Source: Parasphingorhabdus sp.
Lineage (GTDB): Bacteria > Pseudomonadota > Alphaproteobacteria > Sphingomonadales > Sphingomonadaceae
Direction of reading: 5' to 3'
Length of the DNA: 64,000 nucleotides
NCBI RefSeq assembly: GCF_036964565.1
Contig: NZ_JBALTN010000011.1
Span: forward strand, 54,889-118,888
The notes under the pieces were generated by a model. It did not search any database and was not told the origin of the DNA. It saw only the letters and a list, made by a program, of their open reading frames with translations. Both the position numbers and the translations under genes were made by a program. The stretch's first letter is position 1. The number at the start of each line of letters is the position of its first letter. Shown here one piece after another: positions 50,866-61,516 of the stretch.

Positions 50866-51404
50866 TCTGCCTCCACCCGCACGCTGCCTTGCGGCACGCG
50901 CCGCCGAAAGGTCAGTGATTGCGGCGTGATGAACCCGGAGCGGTTGATCCGGATGCGGACGATGCCCTGCCATCTCGGATCCTGCAACCTGGCCTGATAG
51001 TCCACGGCATCTCGCTGGGGCACGTAAATCCGGTCGCGGACCAGGCCATCGGCGCCTTCTTCGCTCCAAGGGTTGGGCTTTGCCACGGCATCGCAGCGGC
51101 CTGGCGAAGAACGGCCCGGCCGGAGGACTGCCACCCGGTCGACCCTGGGTGCGGTGCCGATGAGGCACAGGCTGGCTCGGGTGCCGGGCCAGGAGGAGAT
51201 ATTGCCCTCGACCGGGGTCGGCCAATCGTAGCGAAACTGTACATAATGCCCGCGCAGCAGGTCACGCGGATCATAGCCGGTGACCGGGACGTTCCACTCG
51301 GTTCCTTCCCGCGATTCCGCCTCTGTCCATATCCACGTCAGGCAAAGCCCGGCCAGCGGCAGAGCCAGCGCAAGGGGAAGGACAAGGCGGCGATAGCCGG
51401 TCAT
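50862..51404 (-). CDS. GDYXXLXY-domain-like protein
   Basis: 180 aa with an N-terminal TM/signal segment. The motif GYDPRDLLRGHYVQFRY resembles the GDYxxLxY signature. Confidence 0.6.
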   Translation of the reverse strand: MTGYRRLVLPLALALPLAGLCLTWIWTEAESREGTEWNVPVTGYDPRDLLRGHYVQFRYDWPTPVEGNISSWPGTRASLCLIGTAPRVDRVAVLRPGRSSPGRCDAVAKPNPWSEEGADGLVRDRIYVPQRDAVDYQARLQDPRWQGIVRIRINRSGFITPQSLTFRRRVPQGSVRVEAE

Positions 51405-52570
51405 GGTTCGCCGTCCGGTTCGACTGGATCAGCGGTTGCCGACCTGGCGGGCGCAAAAGCGCGGGAAAAGCGATAGGCGACGACAGAAATGCCGATGGTG
51501 ATCACCCCGGCCACGATCAGCCCGAGGCCGCTGTTCAGCAGGTTGGATGCCAGTTCCAGGCTCAGCGCGATAAGGCGCAGCGCAATGATCGCGACAACCA
51601 CCTGGAAGACGTTCCGCCAGCCGGAATAGATCGCGCTCCAGCCAATCGCGGCCCAGAAGGCCATGAACAATATCGCCCCTGCCAGGGGTTCCGTAAACGG
51701 GCCGATGCTGCCGAGAAAATTCGCGCAGGCGGCAGCCGCCAGAATGGCTGTGATACTGGTCCCGGTGGCGGAGCGGTCGAGACGGTAAGCGGCCGATGCC
51801 GCGGCCGCCCATATCACTAGTTGCATGATCGCGATTTTTCCGGCGTCGGCTTGCGCACCGAACGGGTTACCGTTCGACACGCCGTCGGCGATCAGCTTCA
51901 GCGAAACGCCGGCGACAAATGAGGCCAGCGCAAATTGCCCGATCTGCGTCCAGAACGGCTCGCGCGAACTGTTTCCGCGACAAGCCAGGGCGGAAAGCAG
52001 CGCGACCAGGGGGATGCTGGTGACCAACGCGATATACAGGGATGGCGGAGCGTCACCCTGTTCGGCCAACCAGCCCCAATGGGCAATCGCCGTGCCGAGC
52101 AGCGCGACGACCCACAGCAGCGAGATCAGCCAGCCCCTTCCCGCGAGCAGCAACAGCGGGGAAAACAGCACCAGCCAGATTGCCATTGGCTGCCAGATCG
52201 GCGAGCTGGTCTGGTAGACCTGGCCGAGATGGCCGAAAAACGTGGCGCCGAGAATGGCGAGGATGAACAGCAGCACATCCTTGAGATAGAGGCCGAGAAA
52301 ACCGTTGTGCGGGCGGAGGACGAAAATGGCCGCCGAAATCGCTGCGATCGTCAGGATGTGGACCGCGAGGCGAACGGTTCCGGGAATGGCGTCCCAGTTG
52401 GCCGCGACCAGCGAGATGATGCCGAGACCGATCGCCAGGGTGCCAAGACCGATCAGCGACCACAGGCCGAGGGGCCGGGACTGGTCGGCCTCATAGGCGC
52501 GCAGGCGCTCGGCTGTATCGGAATCGATCAGCCCCGCATTCACCCAGTGGTTTATTTTCCTGTCAGACAA
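51401..52570 (-). CDS. Polytopic membrane protein (DUF2157-like)
   Basis: 389 aa. A soluble N-terminal helix (INHWVNAGLIDSDTAERLRAY) is followed by about 10 TM helices. Its stop overlaps the next gene's start (ATGA). Confidence 0.55.
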   Translation of the reverse strand: MSDRKINHWVNAGLIDSDTAERLRAYEADQSRPLGLWSLIGLGTLAIGLGIISLVAANWDAIPGTVRLAVHILTIAAISAAIFVLRPHNGFLGLYLKDVLLFILAILGATFFGHLGQVYQTSSPIWQPMAIWLVLFSPLLLLAGRGWLISLLWVVALLGTAIAHWGWLAEQGDAPPSLYIALVTSIPLVALLSALACRGNSSREPFWTQIGQFALASFVAGVSLKLIADGVSNGNPFGAQADAGKIAIMQLVIWAAAASAAYRLDRSATGTSITAILAAAACANFLGSIGPFTEPLAGAILFMAFWAAIGWSAIYSGWRNVFQVVVAIIALRLIALSLELASNLLNSGLGLIVAGVITIGISVVAYRFSRAFAPARSATADPVEPDGEP

Positions 52571-52660
52571 ATGCGCATCCCGGTTGGAGCAGAAAAGCTA
52601 CGCGAGACCGGCGCGCATGGCAAGCGCTGCACGGGCAGCGTCGATCCCCGATCGAGTGGC

Positions 52661-53101
52661 CTAGGCCCGCACCTCGGTGGTGTGAATGTCGATCCGGTTT
52701 TCCAGCGTCCTGTGAACCGGACATTTCTCGGCGATCTCGATCAGTTTCCGGCGCTGCTCGGCGGTCAGGTCCCCCTCCATGATGATCGACCGGTCGATCA
52801 CGTCGATGCGGTTGTCCTCGTTGTTGCAGGTGCGGCAGTCCTCGACATGTTCGCGGCTATGCTCGAGCAGGATATGCACGCCGGTCAGCGGAATGCCCTT
52901 GCGATCGGCGTACATTTTCATGGTCATCGACGTGCAGCTGCCGAGAGCCGCCAGCAGCAGGTCATAGGGCGAAGGACCGCTGTCCGTGCCGCCGAACGAT
53001 TCCGGTTCGTCGGCAAGGAACATGTGCTTGCCGACCCGCACCGTCTGCTGGAACTTGCCCGATGCGGTTTCGACAGAGACGAGCGACGGGTTGGTGGCCA
53101 T
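52661..53101 (-). CDS. OsmC-family peroxiredoxin-like protein
   Basis: 146 aa with the OsmC pattern, including conserved Cys residues (LGSCTSM, AEKCPV). Confidence 0.8.
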   Translation of the reverse strand: MATNPSLVSVETASGKFQQTVRVGKHMFLADEPESFGGTDSGPSPYDLLLAALGSCTSMTMKMYADRKGIPLTGVHILLEHSREHVEDCRTCNNEDNRIDVIDRSIIMEGDLTAEQRRKLIEIAEKCPVHRTLENRIDIHTTEVRA

Positions 53102-53103
53102 GT

Positions 53104-54927
<1,824 letters not shown>

Positions 54928-55042
54928 GATTTTCAGGTCTTTCGATTCTATAGTAAAACGGTTAGGCGCGTTGCCGGCAGATTGGCAAGGTTGCCCTCGC
55001 TATTCCGGACAATCGGGATGGGATCATTCATCCGGAATTCCG

Positions 55043-55684
55043 TCAATAGTCGAGTGGGATGATATCGCCGGCCTTCTCGGCATAGCGTTCGGCCTTGTCA
55101 TAGCTGATCGGCACGACAGCGGGGTCGTCGCAGCGGTGCCGGGCGACCACGTCTTCTCCCTTGCGCACGAAAACGCCGTCTTCCATCGCCGGATCATTTG
55201 GTTCGCCGGCGGTGAAATTGGTGCGGATGACCCGGCTGTAGACGACATATTGATTGTCGCCCCGCCGGAATTGCAACTGGGCCTCACCGCCACCCGAATA
55301 GGGGACGGAGGCAAAGGCCAGCCGGTCGGCGCTGTCGGTGTTCGGCCAGCTGAGTTCGGGTTTCTGCCCCGCCGCGCCGTAGCGATATTGCGCGACCGTG
55401 ACGCCTACGGGGTTCTTGACCCCGCAGACCGACGCAATCTTCCGGTTTTCGAGCTGGCAGGAAAACACGACGTCCTCCTGAGCGGTGCATAATCCGGTGC
55501 CCGCAGGCGCGGCAGCGCCGTCCTTCTGCGGACCCGGTGCGGCCGGTGATACTGACGCCAACTGCTTTGAAGCGGGAGCAAGCTCGGCGTCGGAGCGCGC
55601 CGGATCGGGGGCCGGTTGACTGTCACATCCTGTCAGCAGCAGGGCCGCTGCTGTGGCCGCACCGAGCGCAAACTTGGGGGTCAT
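55043..55684 (-). CDS. Hypothetical lipoprotein
   Basis: 213 aa from ATG 55684, which overlaps the glmU stop (ATGA). It has a lipobox (LLLTGC) and a Pro/Ala-rich linker. Confidence 0.55.
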   Translation of the reverse strand: MTPKFALGAATAAALLLTGCDSQPAPDPARSDAELAPASKQLASVSPAAPGPQKDGAAAPAGTGLCTAQEDVVFSCQLENRKIASVCGVKNPVGVTVAQYRYGAAGQKPELSWPNTDSADRLAFASVPYSGGGEAQLQFRRGDNQYVVYSRVIRTNFTAGEPNDPAMEDGVFVRKGEDVVARHRCDDPAVVPISYDKAERYAEKAGDIIPLDY

Positions 55685-57039
55685 GTCCGTTTCTCCCCGG
55701 CTTTCTTTTTCTGCATGGCCTCGCGAAATTTCTTTGCCCACCCCGGCTTCGCCTTCTGGTCCGCCCGGACCAGCGCAAGATCGTCAGCTGCGACATCCCT
55801 GGTCAGCGTGGCACCGGCGCCTACAATCGCGCCATCCCCGATGGTGACGGGCGCGACAAGGGCGCTGTTCGATCCAATGAACGCGCCCTTGCCAATCACC
55901 GTCTTGTGCTTGAAATAGCCGTCATAATTGCAGGTGATGGTGCCCGCGCCGATATTGGCCCCCTCGCCCACCTCGGCGTCGCCGAGATAGGTCAGATGAT
56001 TGGCCTTTGCGCCCTTGCCCAAGATGGTTTTCTTCATCTCGACGAAGTTGCCGACCTTCGAACCCTCTTCCATCACCGCGCCGGGACGCAGCCGGGCGAA
56101 CGGGCCAACCTTGACGTCCGCGCCGATGGTAGCACCCTCGATATGGCTGTGGCCATGGATGGTGGTGCCGCTGGCAATGGAGACGCCGGGGCCGAAAATC
56201 ACGTTGGGTTCTATCACAACGTCTGAAGCAATTTCCGTATCATGCGAAAACCAGACGGTCCCGGGCGCAATCAGGCTGACACCAGCGGCCATCGCCCGGT
56301 CGCGGCGTCGGGCCTGCCATTCGCCCTCGACGGCGGCCAACTCGGCCCGACTGTTGACTCCAGCAACCTCGGCCGGATCATCGACCTCGATCACCGCGCT
56401 TTTCTGACCCGGCAACATGACGATGTCGGGCAGATAATATTCGCCGGCGGCATTGTCGTTGCTGATCTGGTCGAGCAGGATGAACAGGTCGGTCGAGCGC
56501 GCCGCCATCAGGCCGCTGTTGCACAAAGTGACCTGGCGTTCGGCATCGCTGGCGTCCTTATATTCGACCATTTTCTCGATTTCGCCCTGCTCGTCGGCGA
56601 TGATCCGGCCATAGGCGCCAGCGTTGTCGGGGCGGAAACCGAGGATGACGGCGCGCGGATCGCTGCCGTTGTTGAGCCGAAAGATCATGTCGCGCATGGT
56701 GTCAGCGCTGACCATCGGAACATCGCCATAAAGGATCAGCACATCGCCGGCGAAGCCTTTCAGCGCGTCATGCGCCTGGGCCACGGCGTGACCGGTGCCG
56801 AGCTGGTCATCCTGCACCGCGATCGCCACGTTGCGGCCCGCGACGCTGGCCTCGATCTGCTCCCGGCGCGCGCCGACGACGACGACGGTGCGTTCGACAC
56901 CGATCGAATCGACGGTGTCGAGCAAATGGTGCAGCATCGGCTTGCCGGCGATCGGGTGCAGCACCTTGTGCGTCTCCGACTTCATCCTGGTGCCCTGTCC
57001 GGCGGCCAGGATGATTGCGGCGAGCGGGCGATCTGTCAT
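55681..57039 (-). CDS. glmU: Bifunctional GlcNAc-1-P uridyltransferase / GlcN-1-P acetyltransferase
   Basis: LAAGQGTRM N-terminus and C-terminal left-handed beta-helix hexapeptide repeats. The start is at ATG 57039. Confidence 0.9.
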   Translation of the reverse strand: MTDRPLAAIILAAGQGTRMKSETHKVLHPIAGKPMLHHLLDTVDSIGVERTVVVVGARREQIEASVAGRNVAIAVQDDQLGTGHAVAQAHDALKGFAGDVLILYGDVPMVSADTMRDMIFRLNNGSDPRAVILGFRPDNAGAYGRIIADEQGEIEKMVEYKDASDAERQVTLCNSGLMAARSTDLFILLDQISNDNAAGEYYLPDIVMLPGQKSAVIEVDDPAEVAGVNSRAELAAVEGEWQARRRDRAMAAGVSLIAPGTVWFSHDTEIASDVVIEPNVIFGPGVSIASGTTIHGHSHIEGATIGADVKVGPFARLRPGAVMEEGSKVGNFVEMKKTILGKGAKANHLTYLGDAEVGEGANIGAGTITCNYDGYFKHKTVIGKGAFIGSNSALVAPVTIGDGAIVGAGATLTRDVAADDLALVRADQKAKPGWAKKFREAMQKKKAGEKRT

Positions 57040-57151
57040 CGGGTTACTCCAGAACAAATTGGGTCATTCGGGCCGTGGTCCGGCCATTTGCAGCGGCTAA
57101 TGCCATGCGAAGCGCGCCGAGGCCAGCCTGTTTGTCGGCGCGCGGCACGCA

Positions 57152-58186
57152 TCATTTTGCCGCTTTGCTGCCTTTGCGCCATTTGGTCCACAAATGCCGG
57201 GCCAGCATGAGCGGCGGCATCCGCAGCCAGTGGGAGCGGACGTAGAAGGCAAAGCGGGTGAGCTTGCGGGTTTCCCGGCCGAAGCCGTCGCGCGCGAGCA
57301 TCCGCCGGGCATAAAGATAATCGGCAAATTCGGTCTGGCCGGCCCGATATTTGTAGACCGGTGTATGGTAGAGGCGTGCCGCAAGCCGCAACGCGCGCTC
57401 CATTTCGCGAACCAGACCATGGGTTTTGGCGCGCACGGCCAGCTCCGTCCAGAATTCCTCGTCGGCTTCGGAAAATTCCCGGATCAGCCGGTCGATGTCC
57501 CACAGGTTGCGCAATCCGCCTGCGAGGTCGCCGTCAGCAAACAGGTGCGCGATCGAATGCAGGACCATGTCGGTCGGGGCCATGACGTGCAGGCCGCTGT
57601 CCAGCGCAACGGCATTGTTGAGCATCGCCTGCGCATCCGGGTCCGGGCGCGCCGTCAGCGGCAATATCGTGTGATGCACGTCGATCATCCGGTCCCGCTC
57701 CCGGTGGATCATCGGCGGCAGTTCATGCATATGCTGGCGATAATATTCGTCGTCATAGGGGTCGGGCTTGACCCATTCCCATCCGGCATCGAGCAAAGCC
57801 GTCTCGACGGCGGGCAGGTCGTCGCGGTCCACCATGATATCCAAATCGCCGATGCTTCGCCCCACGCCGGCGGAGAGATTCGCTGCAACATAGGCGGTGC
57901 CTTTCATCAGCACGATCTTGCCCGGATAGCCGGCCAGTGCACGGCGAGCGCAATCGGCTTCCCACAGGGCTTGCCGGCGGGCCAGGTCGTGGGCACCGAC
58001 CGCGTCCTGCAGAACCGCGCGCACCCGATCCGGAACCGCGACATACTGCAGCCGGTGGGCCAGCGCTCCGATCAGCGATTCGGCGCGGGCGATGCTGATC
58101 AGTTCGGACCACTGGTGGCTTGCCAGCGTCGCGACGCTGGCCGGATCACGCAGTGCATCAACCAATATCCGCGCATCGTGCATCAT
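57152..58186 (-). CDS. Uncharacterised nucleotidyltransferase-family protein
   Basis: 344 aa. GDLDIMV resembles the GS/GD...D.D pol-beta-type NTase motif. Its start overlaps the kinase-like gene's stop by 4 nt. Confidence 0.55.
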   Translation of the reverse strand: MMHDARILVDALRDPASVATLASHQWSELISIARAESLIGALAHRLQYVAVPDRVRAVLQDAVGAHDLARRQALWEADCARRALAGYPGKIVLMKGTAYVAANLSAGVGRSIGDLDIMVDRDDLPAVETALLDAGWEWVKPDPYDDEYYRQHMHELPPMIHRERDRMIDVHHTILPLTARPDPDAQAMLNNAVALDSGLHVMAPTDMVLHSIAHLFADGDLAGGLRNLWDIDRLIREFSEADEEFWTELAVRAKTHGLVREMERALRLAARLYHTPVYKYRAGQTEFADYLYARRMLARDGFGRETRKLTRFAFYVRSHWLRMPPLMLARHLWTKWRKGSKAAK

Positions 58187-59055
58187 GGCGCCTCGCTCCA
58201 GAGGGCCTGGATCAGCTCTTCCGCCTGTTCGGTGGACTGGTAATCCATCGCCTTGACCGGAACCGTGCCGACAAATCGCGTCAGCGCACGAAAGCCGGGC
58301 TCGCCCAGCGCAACATAATTGGTCGAGGCCTGAGTCAGTCGCACGAATATTTCGGACTGTCCCATGTCCCGCAAGGCAGGTGCGTAACCGAAGCGGGGAA
58401 ACAGCAGCAGCGCCGGGCGGGCGGACTGGTCCATCCGTTCGATCGCGCCCAGAGGCGGTACCAGATGGCGGATATCGCCCTTGGGCGTCTGCTTCATATC
58501 CGGACCGAAACGGTCGGCGGATACAACCGCCTGCATGGCGGCAATCGCCTGATTCTTAAGGCTGATCAGACGGGGAAAGGGAAATATGTCGCCGGTATCA
58601 AGGCTGAGCAGGGCAAATTCGTCACCCATGAAGCGCCATCCGCGTTCCGCCAGCATCGCGGACAGGGTCGACTTGCCCGATCCCGACAGGCCGGTCATGA
58701 CCAGTGCCCTGCCGTCCTTTTCGACGCTGCTGGCATGGAGCAGGAGATGCCGGCGCCAGCCGAGCGCCATTTGCAGGTTCATCCCCATCTCGGCGGCCAG
58801 TAGTCCCTGCGCGAGTGGCAGCGGCGCGGCGTCGGGCAGCCAGAAATCGCCACCAATATGGACGGAGGGACGGATATGGCGGCGCCAGGGCTTTTCCGGT
58901 TCCAGCCGCACCGTGAAGTCGACGATGTCGTCCGGTGGTGCCGGATATTGCGCATATAGCGCGGCCAGTTGATCGAGCGGCTGCTGCCAGGCGGACGCGA
59001 TCCGGAAGGCCGCCGGTCCGATTTTCAGCGAGATCTGATTCAGGCCGGGCATCAT
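58183..59055 (-). CDS. HPr kinase/phosphorylase-related P-loop protein
   Basis: 290 aa. The P-loop GLSGSGKST (nt 58666-58692) matches the GxSGxGKS signature of HPr kinases. There is no N-terminal HprK domain. Confidence 0.65.
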   Translation of the reverse strand: MMPGLNQISLKIGPAAFRIASAWQQPLDQLAALYAQYPAPPDDIVDFTVRLEPEKPWRRHIRPSVHIGGDFWLPDAAPLPLAQGLLAAEMGMNLQMALGWRRHLLLHASSVEKDGRALVMTGLSGSGKSTLSAMLAERGWRFMGDEFALLSLDTGDIFPFPRLISLKNQAIAAMQAVVSADRFGPDMKQTPKGDIRHLVPPLGAIERMDQSARPALLLFPRFGYAPALRDMGQSEIFVRLTQASTNYVALGEPGFRALTRFVGTVPVKAMDYQSTEQAEELIQALWSEAP

Positions 59056-59336
59056 CCCGTGATCCTCGAGACCAGTCCCAGCGCGGACAATTCTTCCAGC
59101 CGCGCGAGGACAATGGTCTCCGTGTCGGTCGCCAGCTCGACATCATATTCGGTCGCGAGGAATGCAGCAATTTCGGGTGCCGACATCGCGCGGTCTGCCA
59201 TCACGTCCAGGATCGCTGGGGCAGGATCCGCGAGCATATGGGTGATCCCGGAGGTGCGATGAAACAGCAAGGTCATGCTGTCCAGCTCGTGCCAGATCAG
59301 ATCATCCGCGGCAGCGGCCCGATATTTAGGGGTCAT
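59052..59336 (-). CDS. PqqD-like small protein (putative peptide-binding / RRE-type)
   Basis: 94 aa. The size and pattern (LFHRTSGITHMLADPAPAILD...EIAAFL) resemble the PqqD family. Its stop overlaps the kinase-like start by 4 nt. Confidence 0.6.
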   Translation of the reverse strand: MTPKYRAAAADDLIWHELDSMTLLFHRTSGITHMLADPAPAILDVMADRAMSAPEIAAFLATEYDVELATDTETIVLARLEELSALGLVSRITG

Positions 59337-59408
59337 GGCATATTACCTGCGATTCTGGTCCGACATGCCGGCCTGATAGCAGGGAAATGTTAAAATAGGC
59401 TGGTAATA

Positions 59409-59825
59409 TCAGCGCGGCATTTGCAGCGAGGCGTAGCAGGTAAAGCCGCTCTGCCCCGCCTGCAGACGCCGGATGTAGTTGACATAGGCCTGGGACTGAT
59501 CGGGCGCGGTGCCCGGCAGCGTCCGTCCGTTCATCGCCCGACGCACCTCCTCGCCGGTGAAGTTGCGACCGGCAGGCGGAAACGCGCCCGGTGTGTCCGC
59601 CGAGACAATCGAACCGTCCGCGCCAATATAGCCACCGGCGGCGTTGTTGCTGGGAACCGGGATTTCGCAATTGAGCACGGAGCCCGCGGTTTGCGCCAAG
59701 GCCGGCTTGATGCTGACCACCGCCGAAGCGGTTATGGCGCCCATCATCAGCGCGCGACGGCGGGTTACCACGCCGGATGCCTGCGGGCCAGCGGCTGCCG
59801 ATTCCGGTTGAATTTGGTCTGTCAT
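59409..59825 (-). CDS. Hypothetical Tat-signal secreted protein
   Basis: 138 aa from ATG 59825. It has the twin-arginine motif TRRRALMMG followed by a hydrophobic region and ALAQ. The mature part is about 94 aa with 2 Cys. Confidence 0.55.
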   Translation of the reverse strand: MTDQIQPESAAAGPQASGVVTRRRALMMGAITASAVVSIKPALAQTAGSVLNCEIPVPSNNAAGGYIGADGSIVSADTPGAFPPAGRNFTGEEVRRAMNGRTLPGTAPDQSQAYVNYIRRLQAGQSGFTCYASLQMPR

Positions 59826-60062
59826 CAAGCTCGGGTCCGTGGTTTTCCTAGTTTCAGTTTTCGACGCATAAGCAGAAATCTCGCAAAAAGCGAGCAATCA
59901 GTCGCCGCCGGAAGAAGGCGTCTCCTATCGGGACATAGACATGAAAATTGTTAACATCGCCTATACGCGGTGCTGGTTGGTGCAGCGTCCGGCAATATTC
60001 CGTTTGCCGATCCGGCCCGGGTCCGCCTAAATGCCGCCCATGAATATGTCAGAATCGGCCAG

Positions 60063-61334
60063 ATGACCGCGATTTCCCCCCTTCGGCTGCTGGTTGCGCT
60101 AGCATTCCTGGTCGGTGGCGCAATTCTCGCCGGACAAATGTCGCAGCCCGGCCAGCAGTTTATCGTGATCATCGCGAGCGGCGCCATCGCCCTGTTCACG
60201 GCGCTACAGGACCCCCCTGCCCCTCCCTTGCCCGATCCCGCGACGCTGGAACGCCAGCGCAAGCAGATATTGTATCAGGGACGGTCCGAGGCCTATCAGG
60301 ATGTCATCGATCCGCTGACCGATCCGATATTGCTGGTGCGCAATGCCAAGGTGGCCGCTGCGAATCCGGCTGCTGCAAAAGTGCTCGGCAACCATATTGT
60401 CGGCGAGGATGTGCGGATTGCCATTCGCCATCCGGCTGCGGCCGACCGTCTCTCCAACCCCGAGGCGCGGCACACCGGCGAGCCGATCCTGCTGGTGGGG
60501 GTCGGGAGCACCGACCAGCGCTGGGAGCTGCGGATCAATACGCTGCAAGACGGTCTGAAGCTGGTCCAGCTTTCGGATCGCAGCAGCCGCTATGCCGCCG
60601 AGCGCATGCGCACCGATTTCGTCGCCAATGCCAGTCACGAGCTGCGAACGCCGCTGGCTGCGATCAAGGGCTTTCTCGAAACACTGGAGGATCCGGAGGC
60701 CGGCAAGGACGACGCGACCCGCGCCCGCTTCCTGAAGATCATGTACACCGAAGCCGATCGCATGCAGCGCCTGGTCGAGGACCTGATGTCGCTTTCCCGG
60801 ATCGAAGCGGAAAAGTTCGAACTGCCGTCCGAGCAGATCGACCTCAGCGAACTGGTCACCGAAGCGAGAGACTTTTACATCAACAGCCGCGGCAAGAAGG
60901 AAACCGAGATCGTGGTCAATCAGCCGGTCAATATCCCGCTGATCCGGGGGGACCGGGCGCAATTGTCGCAGGTCGTGAACAATTTGCTCAGCAACGCATT
61001 CAAATATGGCAAGAAGGGTACGCCGGTCACGATAGATCTGGCGCCGAACAGAACCGGGACGATGCTTTGTCTGGCGATCCGGGACCAGGGCGACGGCATT
61101 GCCTCCGAACATATTCCCCGCCTGACCGAACGCTTCTACCGGGTGGACAAGGGGCGCAGCAAGTCGATCGGCGGGACGGGCCTCGGCCTGTCGATCGTCA
61201 AGCATATTTCCGAACGGCACGGCGGGCGCATGGAGATTGCCAGCGAAGTCGGCGTCGGCACGACCGTGTCGATCCTGCTGCCGATCGCAAGCAATTCTCT
61301 TGCCGGGGAAGATAGCCAGAATGCTCCGGTCTAG
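60063..61334 (+). CDS. phoR: Phosphate regulon sensor kinase PhoR
   Basis: TM, PAS, H-box (HELRTPLAAI) and HATPase. It is adjacent to pstSC. The start is at ATG 60063. Confidence 0.8.
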   Translation: MTAISPLRLLVALAFLVGGAILAGQMSQPGQQFIVIIASGAIALFTALQDPPAPPLPDPATLERQRKQILYQGRSEAYQDVIDPLTDPILLVRNAKVAAANPAAAKVLGNHIVGEDVRIAIRHPAAADRLSNPEARHTGEPILLVGVGSTDQRWELRINTLQDGLKLVQLSDRSSRYAAERMRTDFVANASHELRTPLAAIKGFLETLEDPEAGKDDATRARFLKIMYTEADRMQRLVEDLMSLSRIEAEKFELPSEQIDLSELVTEARDFYINSRGKKETEIVVNQPVNIPLIRGDRAQLSQVVNNLLSNAFKYGKKGTPVTIDLAPNRTGTMLCLAIRDQGDGIASEHIPRLTERFYRVDKGRSKSIGGTGLGLSIVKHISERHGGRMEIASEVGVGTTVSILLPIASNSLAGEDSQNAPV

Positions 61335-61382
61335 AGGCCCGATCCCGGTCGCCCTGCCGGCCGGGTACCGCAACTTCCGGCC

Positions 61383-61411
61383 TCGTCACATATCTGTAAC
61401 ATATCTGTAAT
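61383..61411 (+). promoter_or_regulatory. Pho box (three 7-bp direct repeats at 11-bp phasing)
   Basis: TCGTCAC-atat-CTGTAAC-atat-CTGTAAT. Compare the enterobacterial Pho box CTGTCAT-N4-CTGTCAY. It lies about 105 bp upstream of pstS. Confidence 0.6.
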
Positions 61412-61516
61412 GATCAGGACATTGCCTCTGCCTAGAAGCCACCGCATCGAGCCTGTTAAACGGGACCATGGCAGCTCTTGCCACGGACCCAACGCAGAGA
61501 AACTGGGGATTTTTTC

